Assembly (NCBI GenBank): GCA_016787985.1
Contig: JAEUTC010000043.1
Span: 17,145 to 81,144 of the forward strand
Direction: 5' to 3'
Source: Flavobacteriales bacterium
GTDB lineage: Bacteria > Bacteroidota > Bacteroidia > Flavobacteriales_F > PHOS-HE28
DNA: 64,000 nt
Under the pieces are notes generated by a model that ran no database searches, was not told the DNA's origin, and saw nothing but the letters and a program-made list of their open reading frames with translations. Of this stretch, positions 19,296 to 28,568 are shown piece by piece (the first letter of the stretch is position 1; every line of letters begins with the position of its first letter). Position numbers and translations under genes: made by a program.

Positions 19296-19468
19296 GATAC
19301 TCCGTTGGGACCTCCGGTATTCAGGGGGCTAACTATCCGCCACACCGACTTCGGGCAACGCCACGGCAAAACTACATGCCAACGAAGGCTGGCCCTACAA
19401 GCGATGATGCCATGAAGTCCAGCGGCACGAACCAGCTGAGCGACCAAAGGCTGACACAGCGATCCCAA

Positions 19469-20101
19469 CTAGAAGTTGAATCCCACATGCAAACCCGGTT
19501 CGCCGAGGATGAACTTGGACCACTTGTCGTCCAGCTGCTTGAAGCCATCCGGTAACCGTGTGTGGTAGGCCCGGTGCGTGATGGCGATGGACGGTTGGAA
19601 GAAGAAACGGTCCTTGAAGAGCTTGATGTGATAGCCGGCCCGGTAGGTGTTGAAGACCTGGAACCCGCCATCGATCTTGTTCCCTTGGTCGTTCACGAAG
19701 TCCTGCAAGGTGGGCATCACGTTCAGCTCGGCATAGAGGCCCTTCCAAAAGAAGCGTTGATAGGAAAGCGAAAGGCCATACTCGCGCACATACCCTGGGA
19801 ATTTCTCTTCCGGCTTTTCGTAGGCATTGTTGAGGAACGGATGTATACCATTGGGCCAGGCATACTTCCAGGTCTTGGGTTCCACGGTGATCACATCCCG
19901 ACCCGTGAGGCGATAGCCGATGTTGAGTTGAAAGAAATCCGGTGGATTGTCGGTGGGCGCCAGGTTACCCACCAGCACGAAAAGGCTGGTTCCCACGAAC
20001 CAGCGCTTGTAGGTGCTGTCCGTTCTCGAGTATTGTGCTTGGAGGTTGAACGAGCTGGTCATCACCAGCGCAAGAATCACGAGTCCGATGTTCTTCTTCA
20101 T
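19469..20101 (-). CDS. outer-membrane protein, paralog A of a duplicated family (DUF, ends GFNF)
   Basis: Signal peptide MKKNIGLVILALVMTSSFNLQAQ. Shares ...YKRWFVG.SL..LGNL......P.F.QLN.GYRLT..DVI..E.K...YAWP.GI... and a C-terminal ...GLHVGFNF with the next gene. Confidence 0.6.
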   Translation of the reverse strand: MKKNIGLVILALVMTSSFNLQAQYSRTDSTYKRWFVGTSLFVLVGNLAPTDNPPDFFQLNIGYRLTGRDVITVEPKTWKYAWPNGIHPFLNNAYEKPEEKFPGYVREYGLSLSYQRFFWKGLYAELNVMPTLQDFVNDQGNKIDGGFQVFNTYRAGYHIKLFKDRFFFQPSIAITHRAYHTRLPDGFKQLDDKWSKFILGEPGLHVGFNF

Positions 20102-20161
20102 CACTTCTTCTGTTGTTTTCAACGACGGCGCAAAACAAGACCGGCGATGGGCCTCCACTCG

Positions 20162-20175
20162 TTCACTTTGGTGAA
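20162..20175. promoter_or_regulatory. inverted repeat TTCAC-TTTG-GTGAA ~61 nt upstream of OMP paralog A; candidate Crp/Fnr-family operator
   Basis: Perfect 5-bp arms. The same flanking context (CGTTCACTT..GTGAAGGAATGC) recurs upstream of paralog B. Confidence 0.4.
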
Positions 20176-20317
20176 GGAATGCGCCACACGAACGCCTTTT
20201 TCCGGATGCTCCCGAGCCATGCAGGCATCGCCAGCACGCTCGTGCTACGCAGGACCGCATGGAAAATGAACCGACCCGTTGGTCGAGGATGACAGCCTGT
20301 CTGCCGCCCCTGGTCCT

Positions 20318-20935
20318 CTAGAAATTGAACCCGAAGTGAAGGCCTGGCTGGATGAAGTAGTTGGGCCATCTACTTTCCACGGCCTTGAACACTTCAGGAA
20401 CCTTCGTCCGTACCGGCCAATAGCTACAGCCCATGGCTGGCTCGAAGAAGAACCGGTTCTCCCAGAACCTGAACTGATAACCCAGGTGGAAGTTCAGGTA
20501 CAAGGTGTACCCATTGCCGATCTTCTTTTTGTCCTGATCCATGTATTTCTCGAAGGCGTTCAAGGCATAGATGGAAGTATAGACCCCTTTCCACCAGAAG
20601 CGCTGGTAGCCCACGGTTGGCGCCAGTATGCGCGCATGGCCGGGGTAGTTCAGGCCGGGTGCATCGAATGAGGGACCGAATGGAATACCGATCGGCCACG
20701 CGTAGATGGATCGTTTGAACTCGATCGAGATCACATCCTTCGGGGTTAGCCGATAGCCCACGTTCAACTGGACGTACTCAGGTTTGTTGACCCGATCCAG
20801 ATTCCCGAGCAAGTACAGTGAACTCCCAACGTACCACCGCCGATAGGTGCTGTCCTGCAGGGCAGTTGCAGCGCGGAGTTGGAGCGTGCTGGCCATCAAG
20901 ATCACAAAACCAATGAGAGTGCTTTTCTTCTGCAT
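20318..20935 (-). CDS. outer-membrane protein, paralog B of the duplicated family
   Basis: Signal peptide MQKKSTLIGFVILMASTLQLRA. Collinear similarity to paralog A. C-terminal ...GLHFGFNF. Confidence 0.6.
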   Translation of the reverse strand: MQKKSTLIGFVILMASTLQLRAATALQDSTYRRWYVGSSLYLLGNLDRVNKPEYVQLNVGYRLTPKDVISIEFKRSIYAWPIGIPFGPSFDAPGLNYPGHARILAPTVGYQRFWWKGVYTSIYALNAFEKYMDQDKKKIGNGYTLYLNFHLGYQFRFWENRFFFEPAMGCSYWPVRTKVPEVFKAVESRWPNYFIQPGLHFGFNF

Positions 20936-20992
20936 GCTACCCTACGTGTTGATCGAGGCCGCAAAAGAAGACCGGCGGGTCGCCCCACCGCG

Positions 20993-21006
20993 TTCACTTA
21001 AGTGAA
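20993..21006. promoter_or_regulatory. perfect 14-bp palindrome TTCACTTAAGTGAA ~58 nt upstream of OMP paralog B; candidate Crp/Fnr-family operator
   Basis: Perfect palindrome between the Crp/Fnr gene 3' end and the paralog B start. Confidence 0.4.
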
Positions 21007-21013
21007 GGAATGC

Positions 21014-21595
21014 TCAGCCCCTCTCCTTCTCGATGATCCGTGCCCTGAGCCGGCTCAACGATTGGGGGGTGATGCCCAGGAAGCTCGCCAGCTGGTGCTG
21101 TGGCACACGCTGAACGAGGTCCGGACGTGTGCGCAATAGGTTCAAGTACCGCTGTTCGGGTGATGAGGTCTTGAACGCATCGAACTCCACGCGCTCCTTC
21201 GCCAGTAGCTCTTCGGAAAGCACCTTACACAGCGTCTCGAAGCGCGGGAAACGGCTATTCATGTCCACCTCCAGGTCCGCGTCCGAAACGGTCAGGATGG
21301 TGTCTTCCACACAACTGATGGAATACTCGGAGGGCGTTCGGCTCACCACGCACGGTGGTGTCAAGGCCTCCAGCTCGCTATAGAAGGAGGTGGTCCGCTC
21401 CTCGCCATCCACGATGTAGTAGGTGCGGATGCAGCCTTCCAATACGAAGTAGCTGTTCCGCGATCGTTCTCCGGCGTTGAGCAGTATGGTCCCTTTCTTC
21501 ACCGTTCGGAAGATGTCCAAGGAACCGACCACGCTCTTCTCCTCCTCCGTCAAGGTCATGTACTTGGCGATGAAGGCGAAGAGTTTGTTCTGCAT
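21014..21595 (-). CDS. Crp/Fnr family transcriptional regulator
   Basis: cNMP-binding-like N-domain (...GTILLNAGERSRNSYFVLEGCIRTYY...) and C-terminal HTH (...LQRVPQHQLASFLGITPQSLSRLR...). Confidence 0.85.
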   Translation of the reverse strand: MQNKLFAFIAKYMTLTEEEKSVVGSLDIFRTVKKGTILLNAGERSRNSYFVLEGCIRTYYIVDGEERTTSFYSELEALTPPCVVSRTPSEYSISCVEDTILTVSDADLEVDMNSRFPRFETLCKVLSEELLAKERVEFDAFKTSSPEQRYLNLLRTRPDLVQRVPQHQLASFLGITPQSLSRLRARIIEKERG

Positions 21596-21769
21596 GGATC
21601 ACCGGTCCAGTCTTCGACGGTCATGCGCTACACCCCGCTGATCTTCTTGCGCCACAACCGAACAGACAGCAAAGGTACCGACTCAACACGAGGCGTGCTA
21701 AACGTGGGCTACGGACCTAAGGACCGCAAATCCTGGAACACCTGGCCCCAGGAGAAGGCCGGCACCCGA

Positions 21770-23149
21770 TCACTCCTTCAACTTCACACGCACCTTCTCG
21801 CCATCAGCAGTGATCCGGACCAACGCGTAGTTGCTCACGTTCGCGGGAGAGCCCCAATGCCTCACATCCATCGTCGGCGTAGCGGTGCCCGAACCATCGG
21901 GGTACACGGTAACCGTGTAGCCCCCTGTGGGGGTTTGGGTGGTGTGGGTGTACTTGGTCGCCACGAATTGCACGATCACATGGTATTCACCGGGCTTCAG
22001 GTGCTGGAACGAGAAGCCTCCCCGGTCATCGGTGACCTCGGTGAGCAGGGTCTGTTCCTTCACTTCCAACGGCAGCGGGAAACCTGCGCAGCCGTTGAGC
22101 ACCTGGCCAGCCACGATGGTCGGGGGGAATTTGGTGCGGACGGCGGTGTTGAAGGCCAGCCACTCCTTGAAGTACGGCGTTTGGGGAATGAGCATCACGA
22201 TGCTGCCCTTGGGCGCAAGGATCCTCTTGGGCCGATCCAGCAAGGCCCCGGGCATGCCTTCGTCCGTGGTGTACGCCTGGCCTTCGATGCTGGAATTGCC
22301 CGCGCTGATCATCGCCCGGGCCGCGGCCGCATCGAACGGGGTCACGATGGGGTTGCGGTCGGCTTGCGTATCCATGTAGGTCACGCCGAAGGAGCCGGGG
22401 TCCTTGCTCACGAACAGGATCCTCCGCGACTCCTTCTCGATCACGATCTTGTACGTGTTCGTCGCGGTCAACGTATTACGGAGTTCCACCACGAAGACGT
22501 CCACCACCTCGCCGATGGCACACGACGGCATCTTCATCTCCTGCAAGCTCTCGATCTCCCAGCGCATCACCTTCGTGCGGTAGCCGTCATCGAAGGTCAC
22601 CTGCGGGATCAGGGCCCGGTAGCCCGCCTTCAGGGGCAATAGGCTGACCAGGAACTCCAACGAACTCCCCAGGAAGAACGGCTCTTCGAGGGGTTCATCG
22701 AAATGCTCCTTCTCCCCTGTCCTGTACACCTCGATATCGCCCTTCAATGTCTTGCCGCAGACCAGGTCGTACGAGAAGCCCACCGTCTCGGCCTGCGCAC
22801 GGATGGGCCCGAAGGTGCGGGCGTCCAACACGAGTTTCCGTTTCACCACATCCGCACCCTGCTCCGTATACCGCTCTTCGATCACGATCTCGCCCGCCGT
22901 GCGGCTGATGGTCACGAACCGTTGATCCGGCTTCTGGGGTTCTCCGGAAGCGAATAGACCGCCGGTCGGTCGTTCCCACACGAAACTGCCGGTGTGCAAC
23001 AGCGCCGTGTTGAGGCTGGCACTACCGGGCAGCACGATATCGGGCTTTTGCGCCACCACACGGGTGGGAGCCATGAGCAGTACCGCCATTGCGGTCGAGA
23101 GGGCGAAGGAGACGCGGAACACCATTCCAGCTGATAGCATGTTGATCAT
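21770..23149 (-). CDS. hypothetical secreted protein with C-terminal carboxypeptidase-regulatory-like domain
   Basis: Signal peptide. C-terminal ...DDRGGFSFQHLKPGEYHV... resembles a CarbopepD_reg-like beta-sandwich. Confidence 0.5.
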   Translation of the reverse strand: MINMLSAGMVFRVSFALSTAMAVLLMAPTRVVAQKPDIVLPGSASLNTALLHTGSFVWERPTGGLFASGEPQKPDQRFVTISRTAGEIVIEERYTEQGADVVKRKLVLDARTFGPIRAQAETVGFSYDLVCGKTLKGDIEVYRTGEKEHFDEPLEEPFFLGSSLEFLVSLLPLKAGYRALIPQVTFDDGYRTKVMRWEIESLQEMKMPSCAIGEVVDVFVVELRNTLTATNTYKIVIEKESRRILFVSKDPGSFGVTYMDTQADRNPIVTPFDAAAARAMISAGNSSIEGQAYTTDEGMPGALLDRPKRILAPKGSIVMLIPQTPYFKEWLAFNTAVRTKFPPTIVAGQVLNGCAGFPLPLEVKEQTLLTEVTDDRGGFSFQHLKPGEYHVIVQFVATKYTHTTQTPTGGYTVTVYPDGSGTATPTMDVRHWGSPANVSNYALVRITADGEKVRVKLKE

Positions 23150-23548
23150 CGTTCATCGATCCAACGGCACACCACCACGGATAAAGGCGGAAACGCCCCT
23201 AAAAGAACCGTGATACGCGTGGGATCATCGCGGCAAGCGGGAGAAGCGCATCAAGACCGGGAGAGGTCGATCCTTCTTCACCTGAACACCTTTGCCGAGC
23301 GGTGCCAAAAGTATGCCAGTGATCCTATCGCCTTTGGGGAACAGGGCTTCCGCGTTGAACCGCCGGTCACAAAGCCGGGACGCGTTCGGCATAGCATGCC
23401 CCGCCGTTGGCGCACAGTACCTGAGTTGAGCGAAGCTGTTCAGCGCCACTCGAAAAGCGTGACAGGATGTTCGAAGAAACCTACTAACCAAAGAAAGACT
23501 GCTCAGACCTTGAAGCTGTTCTAGGACGTGTCACTCGGGCAATCCTAC

Positions 23549-23938
23549 TCATTCTAATCGTGACTTCCATGCACAAGCCCTAGCCCCCGATCTTAAAACG
23601 CGCATTGGCGATGAGCCGTAGATGAGCAGCGGCACCAATACGACTATGCTTAGGATGGTACATTTAGCCAGCTTTTCGCCTGTGCTGTAGGTGGCGCCTT
23701 TGGTCCACAGTAGAACTACGGATGCCAGCCAGAACACCCCGGCACTGCCGCCGGCAGCGAGCAGGTGACCCAAGCCATCCAGGTAGTCATGTGCCAGGGC
23801 TAGTGAAAGACCGAAAGCAAGGAGCGTTCCGCCGAGAAAGGAAGCCACAATGCCCACGAGCACCCCATTGCTCATGGTGGACCGGTGGAGCCACCGGAGA
23901 CAAAGAACCAGCACGGCAACGTTCAGGAGAACGGACAT
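23549..23938 (-). CDS. small integral membrane protein, hypothetical
   Basis: 3-4 predicted TM helices. No homology recognised. Confidence 0.4.
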   Translation of the reverse strand: MSVLLNVAVLVLCLRWLHRSTMSNGVLVGIVASFLGGTLLAFGLSLALAHDYLDGLGHLLAAGGSAGVFWLASVVLLWTKGATYSTGEKLAKCTILSIVVLVPLLIYGSSPMRVLRSGARACAWKSRLE

Positions 23939-24023
23939 CCGCGTTGTTCAAGGTTGGTTCAGCAAGCTCTTCGTAGCCGCTTCGATGAAGCGGGTCTAGT
24001 TCGTTCGCAGCCGTGGTTCGCGG

Positions 24024-24218
24024 TCAGCCCTCCGTCTTCTCCTCCTTCTTCCCCCGCAGGATCAAGAACAGCGAGAGCCCAAAGCCGAACATATAGACCA
24101 AGGCGAGGGGCAGGTGCCGGAAGCGGAGGGTCTCGAAGTCGAACTCCCTGAAGAGGGAGATGCCGATGATGAGGGTGATGACCTGCATCGGGAAGGACGC
24201 GGCGAGGAGCTTCTTCAT
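24024..24218 (-). CDS. small (64 aa) two-TM membrane protein, hypothetical
   Basis: MKKLL start and two hydrophobic helices. Immediately downstream of direct-repeat copy 1. Confidence 0.35.
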   Translation of the reverse strand: MKKLLAASFPMQVITLIIGISLFREFDFETLRFRHLPLALVYMFGFGLSLFLILRGKKEEKTEG

Positions 24219-24242
24219 GGTGGTGAGACTTAAGCGGTGGGG

Positions 24243-24282
24243 TCCATCACCCGTTCGCGCACGGGCTGGGCGAGGTTGTCTT
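24243..24282. repeat. direct repeat copy 1 (~40 bp) matching the 3' end of the WcaF-like CDS
   Basis: tccatcacccgTtcgcgcacgggctgggcgAggttgTctt. The counterpart at 24820-24859 has 3 mismatches. Confidence 0.6.
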
Positions 24283-24758
24283 CAATTATCGTCGGTACAA
24301 CTTCGGCACCGCTTCATGCTGATGATCTCTCCGTTCCTGAACTCAGCCCTGAAGCCGATGCTTCTCTTCCAAAGCAGTCGTTCGTATGTCTTCGCCGCTA
24401 CAAGAACGAAGTCGTATTTGGTGGTGTCAAGTGGAAAATCAATGACTTGGAACTCCACAATGCCAACAGACCCTTTCAAAAATGCCCAACGCTCATAAGC
24501 CCTGGTGCTTTGCGCGATGAATTCGTCAAACTGAGGAATGTAGCGCGCATAGTCCTGCACGAATGCATTTAAACGGTCAAGTTGTGCCTGGTCAACGTTC
24601 TTCTTCGGCGCCCTGAAATAGACGTCACAAGAGATCGTTTGATGAGGGAATGGCCAAGTGAAATGATAGTTCTCCCTACCAGACCAACTTCGAACGAATG
24701 AGAGGTCATTCCTAACCTGCTCAAGGTTCATAAGTGGAGGTGAGAATTGCTCCATCAC
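24282..24758 (-). CDS. hypothetical protein (158 aa) carried on a low-GC inserted cassette
   Basis: The ORF fills the lower-GC segment between the two direct repeats. No recognisable domain. Confidence 0.5.
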   Translation of the reverse strand: MMEQFSPPLMNLEQVRNDLSFVRSWSGRENYHFTWPFPHQTISCDVYFRAPKKNVDQAQLDRLNAFVQDYARYIPQFDEFIAQSTRAYERWAFLKGSVGIVEFQVIDFPLDTTKYDFVLVAAKTYERLLWKRSIGFRAEFRNGEIISMKRCRSCTDDN

Positions 24759-24815
24759 AGTTCGCTAGATGGGACTAAAGTCTGGTTACCTAGTTGGAGG
24801 GTCAATACTCGTTGG

Positions 24816-25391
24816 TCATTCCATCACCCGCTCGCGCACGGGCTGGGCGGGGTTGCCTTGGTAGATGGTGTAGGGCTCCAGGTCCTTGGTGGCCACGCTT
24901 CCGGCGGCCAACACACTGTGGCTCTTGAGGGTGACGCCCAGGGTGACGATGGCCCCCGCTCCCACCCAGCTGCCATCTTCCAACACCACCGGCTTGGTGT
25001 AGGTGGGGTAATCCACCTTCTTGTAATCGTGGCTACCCTGGATGATCATGGCGCCCTGGCTGATCACCACGTTGTTGCCGATGGTGAGGGTATCGAGGTT
25101 ATCCAACCAGGCACGCTGACCGATCCAGCTGTGGTGGCCGATGCTGAGCTTCCACGGGAACTTGATGTTCACGCTGGGGTGGATGACCACACCTTGCCCC
25201 ACGTGCGCGCCGAACAGCCGCAGCAGACCGGGTTTCGGCGAGCGGAACGGGAAGGCCGGGTTCTGGAAGATGAGGGCGTTGACGAAGAACCACAAGGTGC
25301 GTTTGAACACACCGGCGCCGGGGTGGAAGGTCTTCGAGTTATCGAAGCGGCTGAGGTCTACCTGGGGGCGTGCGGTCATGGTTTTGGCCAT
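24816..25391 (-). CDS. wcaF: WcaF-like hexapeptide-repeat acetyltransferase (colanic acid/EPS acetyltransferase family)
   Basis: ...RLFGAHVGQGVVIHPSVNIKFPWKLSIGHHSWIGQRAWLDNLDTLTIGNNVVISQGAMI... left-handed beta-helix hexapeptide repeats typical of WcaF. Confidence 0.8.
   Translation of the reverse strand: MAKTMTARPQVDLSRFDNSKTFHPGAGVFKRTLWFFVNALIFQNPAFPFRSPKPGLLRLFGAHVGQGVVIHPSVNIKFPWKLSIGHHSWIGQRAWLDNLDTLTIGNNVVISQGAMIIQGSHDYKKVDYPTYTKPVVLEDGSWVGAGAIVTLGVTLKSHSVLAAGSVATKDLEPYTIYQGNPAQPVRERVME
24820..24859. repeat. direct repeat copy 2, the last ~13 codons of the WcaF-like gene
   Basis: tccatcacccgCtcgcgcacgggctgggcgGggttgCctt, encoding ...NPAQPVRERVME-stop on the minus strand. Confidence 0.6.
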
Positions 25392-25639
25392 CCTTCCAAG
25401 AGTATCACATTCACATCACCATCCAAGACCCTGAAGTCCTTATCGGCCGTTAGCAGTGGCACATCCTTGCGCAACGCCGTTGCTGCGATGATGGCGTCAA
25501 CGACCGCCATGTTGTGCTTCCTTCGAATGCCGATGGCCAGGTCTGGCAACCCTGGTCCATATTCAAGGGAACTAGTGCCGACCACGACGCATAGCTTTCT
25601 GTTGTACCACGGGATCACCTTCAAAAGGGATCGTCCCAA
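25376..25639 (-). pseudogene. PIN-domain (VapC-like) toxin gene remnant, C-terminal half only
   Basis: ...NMAVVDAIIAATALRKDVPLLTADKDFRVLDGDVNVILLEGW matches a VapC C-terminus. The N-terminal PIN half is absent in this frame. A 57-aa ORF in another frame starts MIVL.. upstream. Confidence 0.4.
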
Positions 25640-26128
25640 CGAAGCGCGAGACGCTGGCCCCCTTGCGCTGTTTCCGGGCCAACCGCTTCAATGCAGCGGT
25701 AAGTTGGCCCTTCAGCAGTTCTCCTTCGCGCAGTACTATCATGATCGTGATCGGTAGTCTTCAAAGATACCGGTTCCTTGACATCCAAGCCAGCAAGGAG
25801 GGCCTCACCGCGTTGCGTCGGATGCGCGGTATCACACAAGGACTGGACCTGCGCCTTGCCACAACAGGCTGCGGAACTGTGTGTCGGGATCTGCAACACA
25901 CTGTTGTTAGCCACTACCAGAAGAAAGAGCGCGAAGCGCCAGGCAAAGCTCGCCATGCGAGCGATTCCTCTGCGTTCTCTGCGCCTCTGCGTGAGGAAGC
26001 GAGGGACGCTCTCAAGCCCAACCCATCCATGCCCAAGAACTTGCATCGCTTTTGCCGGTCGAAAGGCACTGCGCGGCCCTCTCACACTTCCTTTGCCGCA
26101 AAGCGCGCACGTTATCGCCAACGAACAG

Positions 26129-27271
26129 TCATGGCGCGAACATCCGGAAACTGCGCTCCACCGGAGCGGGATCGTTCAAATATCTGGTTCCCATGGCGTA
26201 GGCACCACGGGCCAGTGCATCGTAGGCGGCTTGGTCCATGTCCACGGCGGTCTGTAAGGCACGCTCGAAAGCGGTCTCGTCGGTGAGGGGCAGGTCCCAG
26301 CCGGCTTGTTGCGCTGCGAGGTCCTTCCACGGTGTGCGGTCGCTGATGAGCAGGGGCCTACCGGCGGTAAGGGCCTCCAGCATGGTATGCCCGAAATTCT
26401 CACCCACGCTGGGCATGTAGAGGAAGTGGGCATCGGCGAGGGCTACGGCCACTTGATCGTTGGGCAACTGGCCACGCCACTCCACCACCACGCTGCTGGG
26501 TAACTGGGCGATGGCCTGCTGGCATTCGGCCCAATAGTCCTGATCGTAGATGGTGCCGTACAATTCGTAGCGGATGCGACCCTTCAAGCGCGTGAGGCGT
26601 TCGATGGCGAAAAGCGTATTCTTCTCTTCCGCGATGCGCGCGAGGCTGATGAGGCGGAGTTCGCCGGCGCATTTCTGCACGGGCAGCGGTTCCTGTTCCG
26701 GCGTTTTGCGCGCGAGGTTCTGCACCAGGTGGATGCGGGTGGCCTTGCCGATCCAGCGTTGGATATCGGCCACCTCTTCGGCGTTGGTGGCCTGGAATTC
26801 CACGCCCTTGAAACAGCCGAGCACCTTCATGCCGAAGAGGAAGAGGCGTTTCTTCAGGCGGCTTTGCTGCATAGGTCCGGCGGCGAGCATGCCACGCACG
26901 GCCACGATGCGCCGCGTGTCGCTGCCGCGCAATAGCCACAGCGGCACGATGGTGGACCATACCGAGAACAACCCGTTGATGTAGACCACATCCCACTGTT
27001 CCTGGTGGATGAGCCGTTGCCACACCTGGCGTGTGCGTTGCGCGGGCGAGGCGTGGTAGACCTGTTCGCCAGCGTCGGCGGTGGTCCACTGGTCGGTGGG
27101 CACCTGCGCTTCGTTGGTGGTGGCGGTGTAGTCGCGGTCGCCGGTGACGATGTGGAAGTGAACGCGGGTGCCGAGGTGCTCCACGAGGTTCACCATGCTG
27201 CGCACGGGACCACCGGCCTTGAAGTACGGTTTGTACCAATCGATGAAGGCGAGTACCCGTGGTGTGCTCAC
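26129..27271 (-). CDS. glycosyltransferase family 4
   Basis: C-terminal ...MPSVGENFGHTMLEALTAGRPLLISDRTPW... is the GT4 EX7E region. Confidence 0.85.
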   Translation of the reverse strand: MSTPRVLAFIDWYKPYFKAGGPVRSMVNLVEHLGTRVHFHIVTGDRDYTATTNEAQVPTDQWTTADAGEQVYHASPAQRTRQVWQRLIHQEQWDVVYINGLFSVWSTIVPLWLLRGSDTRRIVAVRGMLAAGPMQQSRLKKRLFLFGMKVLGCFKGVEFQATNAEEVADIQRWIGKATRIHLVQNLARKTPEQEPLPVQKCAGELRLISLARIAEEKNTLFAIERLTRLKGRIRYELYGTIYDQDYWAECQQAIAQLPSSVVVEWRGQLPNDQVAVALADAHFLYMPSVGENFGHTMLEALTAGRPLLISDRTPWKDLAAQQAGWDLPLTDETAFERALQTAVDMDQAAYDALARGAYAMGTRYLNDPAPVERSFRMFAP

Positions 27272-28365
27272 CGCTTCAGCAGGGTTTGGTCGGCCAATTC
27301 AGCCCAGCGCTCGGGAGTCCAGGTGGCGCCCAGTTCTGCGGAGCGGTCGCCCATGCGCAGGAGCTCGGCGTCGGGGGTGCCGATGATGCGGAGCAGGCAT
27401 TGCTGCAGGTCGGCCTTATCGCCGGCCTTGTGCAGTGCGCCGTTCACGCCGGGTTCCAAGAAGCGTTCGCCCGCGCCCACGGCATCGCTGAGGAGCAGTG
27501 GTAACCCGATGCAGGCGTGCTCCTGCACCACCACGCCCCAAGGTTCGTAGAGGCTGGGCAACACGGAGGCACCGGCTTCGGCCAGCACAGCGGGGATATC
27601 CGTGGCCTGCACGAAGCCACGGTGGACGATGCGCGGGTGTCGGCCGCTGGCGCTGTTCTTCACCTGTTCGTGGAGTTCACCGGTGCCCACGAGGTGCAGC
27701 TCCCAATCGCCCGCGCGGCCATGGTCGCACAGTTCGGCGAAAGCGTCGCAGAGCAGTTGCTGGCCTTTGGTGGGGATGTAGCGCGCCACGTGGATGAAGC
27801 GGTGCGGATAGCGCTGCTGGCGTGCTAGGCGCGCGGCATGGAAAGCCTCGCGGAAGGGCGTGGTATCGGCGGCGTACAGACCGGTGAGGATGCGGCTCGC
27901 GGGCAGGCCTAGCTTGCGTGCATAAGCCACCTGACGCGTACCGGTGGCCCAGATGTGGCTGTAGGTGCGCGGCATCCACAGGCGTGCGAGCGCGGCGGAG
28001 ATCCATTGTTTGGCATCGCCCCGCCAGGCTGTATCGAGGTTCATGCTGGTGGGGATGCCTTGGCGGCGCATGGCGCGGCACACCTTGAGGTAGCCTTTGT
28101 CCACCCAGCCGCTGGCGATCACGAACTGCGGTTGGAGGTCGAGTGCGAAGGCGAGCAAGCATTCGTCGCTGAAGTCGCGGCGGTCGTGCAGGGTGATGCC
28201 GGGGTGTGCGCCGAGGGCGAAGGGGGCTTCGGCATTCACCGGCCAGCGCACGAGTTGGATGCGGGCACCGGTGCGGGCCACGAGGGCATCGAGACAGGCG
28301 AGCACGTAGGGTGCGATCTCGGTATAGAGCACCAGCACCCGGGGTTCGTTGCGCGTAGGTTCCAC
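27268..28365 (-). CDS. glycosyltransferase family 4
   Basis: ...VLPSLYEPWGVVVQEHACIGLPLLLSDAVGAGERFLEPGVNG... GT4 signature. 4-nt overlap with the downstream GT4. Confidence 0.85.
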   Translation of the reverse strand: MEPTRNEPRVLVLYTEIAPYVLACLDALVARTGARIQLVRWPVNAEAPFALGAHPGITLHDRRDFSDECLLAFALDLQPQFVIASGWVDKGYLKVCRAMRRQGIPTSMNLDTAWRGDAKQWISAALARLWMPRTYSHIWATGTRQVAYARKLGLPASRILTGLYAADTTPFREAFHAARLARQQRYPHRFIHVARYIPTKGQQLLCDAFAELCDHGRAGDWELHLVGTGELHEQVKNSASGRHPRIVHRGFVQATDIPAVLAEAGASVLPSLYEPWGVVVQEHACIGLPLLLSDAVGAGERFLEPGVNGALHKAGDKADLQQCLLRIIGTPDAELLRMGDRSAELGATWTPERWAELADQTLLKR

Positions 28366-28568
28366 GGTGGAAGCGAAGGTGCCAAATGTACCGTTGCGGC
28401 GGACAGGCTTGGAGGGCGGGTACCTAACGGTGCTGGGTTGAATGCACTAACCACGGATGGACACGGATCCACACGGAAAATGCCCGGGCTCGTGGTAATG
28501 GGCTAGTCTTCCCTCCTATCCGTGTTGATCCGTGTCCATCCGTGGTTGAACAACCGCTCAACGCACGC

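Noticed and set aside
21623-22642. 339-aa plus-strand ORF
   Set aside because: Antisense to the 21770-23149 secreted protein gene. Arg/His/Gly-rich nonsense.
24747-25757. 336-aa plus-strand ORF
   Set aside because: Antisense to the WcaF-like gene, whose hexapeptide repeats are unambiguous.
26400-27239. 279-aa minus-strand ORF in an alternative frame of the GT4 gene
   Set aside because: Out-of-frame Arg/Pro/His-rich translation. The GT4 frame carries the family motifs.
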